NCBI RefSeq assembly: GCF_006345805.1
Contig: NC_043002.1
Span: 107,384,001 to 107,448,000, forward strand
From: Octopus sinensis
Taxonomy: Eukaryota
Direction of reading: 5' to 3'
Length of the DNA stretch: 64,000 bases
The notes below the pieces were generated by a model that was given only the letters and a program-made list of their open reading frames with translations, did no database searches and was not told where the DNA came from. Both the position numbers and the translations under genes were made by a program. Of this stretch, positions 62,130 to 64,000 are shown piece by piece (position 1 is the first letter of the stretch; every line of letters begins with the position of its first letter).

Positions 62130-63776
62130 TACACACACACCCACATACACACACACACACATAGAAAAGTTGTCGGCCCCAAAAAATCAAATTTTCGGTT
62201 TCGTTCAAGGTGTGCCGACAGGATGAATTGAACCCAACATTGCAAGTCAATAAAACATTTATTAGCGTTTTTTTTTTTTTTTAATCACCGAAGGGCAACA
62301 CCGATGGCCCTTTTTCAGGGCCGTTGAGACCTGTGAGGGGTGGGAAACAGCAAGTCATCCTCTGAGAGGATCCCTGATGTGAATGTTGACAATAAAAAGG
62401 CCCTCATTCAAGACGCCCCAGAACCATTCAGTGCTATTTAACCGAACCAACACCAGTTTTCCATTTATCACAAATACGAAAGTTTTGTTTAGCCCTAATA
62501 TTTGTGTTGTTGTTATTGCTTAACCCCCAGGAGGGCTGTGAATGAACAGACCTATATACAAAACTCTTCCAGCTTCTTAGACATTCCGATATTCTTCGTG
62601 TGTTGTTAAGACGGTAACATTATTTGAGGGAGATTTCATTGTTATGCCCTTTATTTATTATTTTTTATTATCAAAGATCGGATGCGGTCATAATAGGAGT
62701 TGTGAACCTAGCTAAGACAATCGGTGAACTTTCGTTGAGTGCGTTAAACAGCATTCTAGAAAGGAAGTTTTGTAGATGTGTTCAAATTCCCCCGAGTGAT
62801 ATATATATATATATATATTACTCTTTTACTTGTTTCAGTCATTTGACTGCGGCCATGCTGGAGCAACTCGACCCCTTATTCTTTGTAAGCCCAGTACTTA
62901 TTCTATCGATAAACACGCCAGCATCGGTTGTCAAGCACAGGCACACAAACACACACGCACATATATATACATATATACGACGGGCTTCTTTCAGTTTCCG
63001 TCTACCAAATCCACTCACAAGGCTTTGGTCGGCCCGAGGCTATAGTAGAAGACACTTGCCCAAGGTGCCACGCAGTGGGACTGAACCCGGAACCATGTGG
63101 TTGGTAAAGCAAGCTACTTACCACACAGCCACTCCTGCACCTATATAATATATATATATGTGTGTGTGTGTGTGACAGAGAGGGGAGGTGGAGGAGGTTC
63201 TCGCATATGACATGAACCAGGGCCAGATTTAAGGATAAACTAAACAAACAGCAGCTTAGGGCCTCACAATCCCGTGGGGGATCGGATTAATTAAATGACA
63301 AATATTTCTTATTGAACGGCATAACGCGCAAACTATTTGGAAAATGAGTGACTGTGTGGTAAGTAGCTTGCTTACAAACCACATGGTACCGGGTTCAGTC
63401 CCACTGCGTGGCATCTTGGGCAAGTGTCTTCTGCTATAACCTCGGGCCGACCAAAGCCCTTGTGAGTGGATTTGGTAGACGGAAACTGAAAGAAGTCCGT
63501 CATATATATATATATATATATACGTGTGTATATATATATATATGTATGTGTGTCTGTGTTTGTCCCCCCCCCCAACATTGCTTGACAACCGATGCTGGTG
63601 TGTTTACGTCCCCGTTACTTAGCAGTTCGGCAAAAAGAGACCGATAGAATAAGCACTAGGCTTACAAAGTCCTGGGATCGATTTGCTCGACTAAAGGCGG
63701 TGCTCCAGCATAGCCACTGCCAAATGACTGAAACAAGTAGAGTAAAAGAGTATCCATTGCATTGTAGTTTATATAC

Positions 63777-63837
<61 letters not shown>

Positions 63838-64000
63838 CATATATATAGGTGTATTAGTGGTAATAAAACATAGGGCCAATTTAATTCATGGGATAATAAT
63901 TGTCTGCGGTGATATTTTTTAAATTTCACGTTTAAAAAAGAAAGTATGATGCATTTTAGAAAATTTCAGAACTTTAGTCACAGAAAAAGTCCCAGTTTTG

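Noticed and set aside
62624-63148. 174-aa plus-strand ORF
   Set aside because: The start lies in repeat family F and the 3' two-thirds is antisense SINE A; the unique ~40 codons have no independent support.

Overview
AT-rich, repeat-saturated animal genomic DNA whose repeat families look like those of Octopus (coleoid cephalopod; my recognition, not a database result). No host protein-coding gene can be called with confidence: most listed ORFs are microsatellite or SINE read-throughs, and only a few weak exon candidates exist. The window holds dozens of tRNA-headed SINEs from at least five families, an RTE-tail SINE, decayed LINE fragments (RTE, CR1, R4/Dong, Tx1/L1), non-autonomous Helitrons, hAT/piggyBac/TA-type MITEs, and micro- and minisatellites. 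The most interesting signals are RNA-level. (1) A full-length 5S rRNA is fused to an RTE 3' tail inside one target-site duplication. (2) Three distinct families carry minimal type-I hammerhead-ribozyme folds of the Penelope/retrozyme kind: one at the end of a tRNA-headed SINE, one in a tandem retrozyme-like unit with a variant CUGUNGA core, and one in a ~296-bp palindrome. (3) A covarying 3' stem-loop is shared by a CR1 LINE, the commonest SINE and a tRNA-Arg chimera. CpG content rises visibly beyond ~43 kb. Coordinates were read by eye; repeat boundaries are approximate to a few bases.
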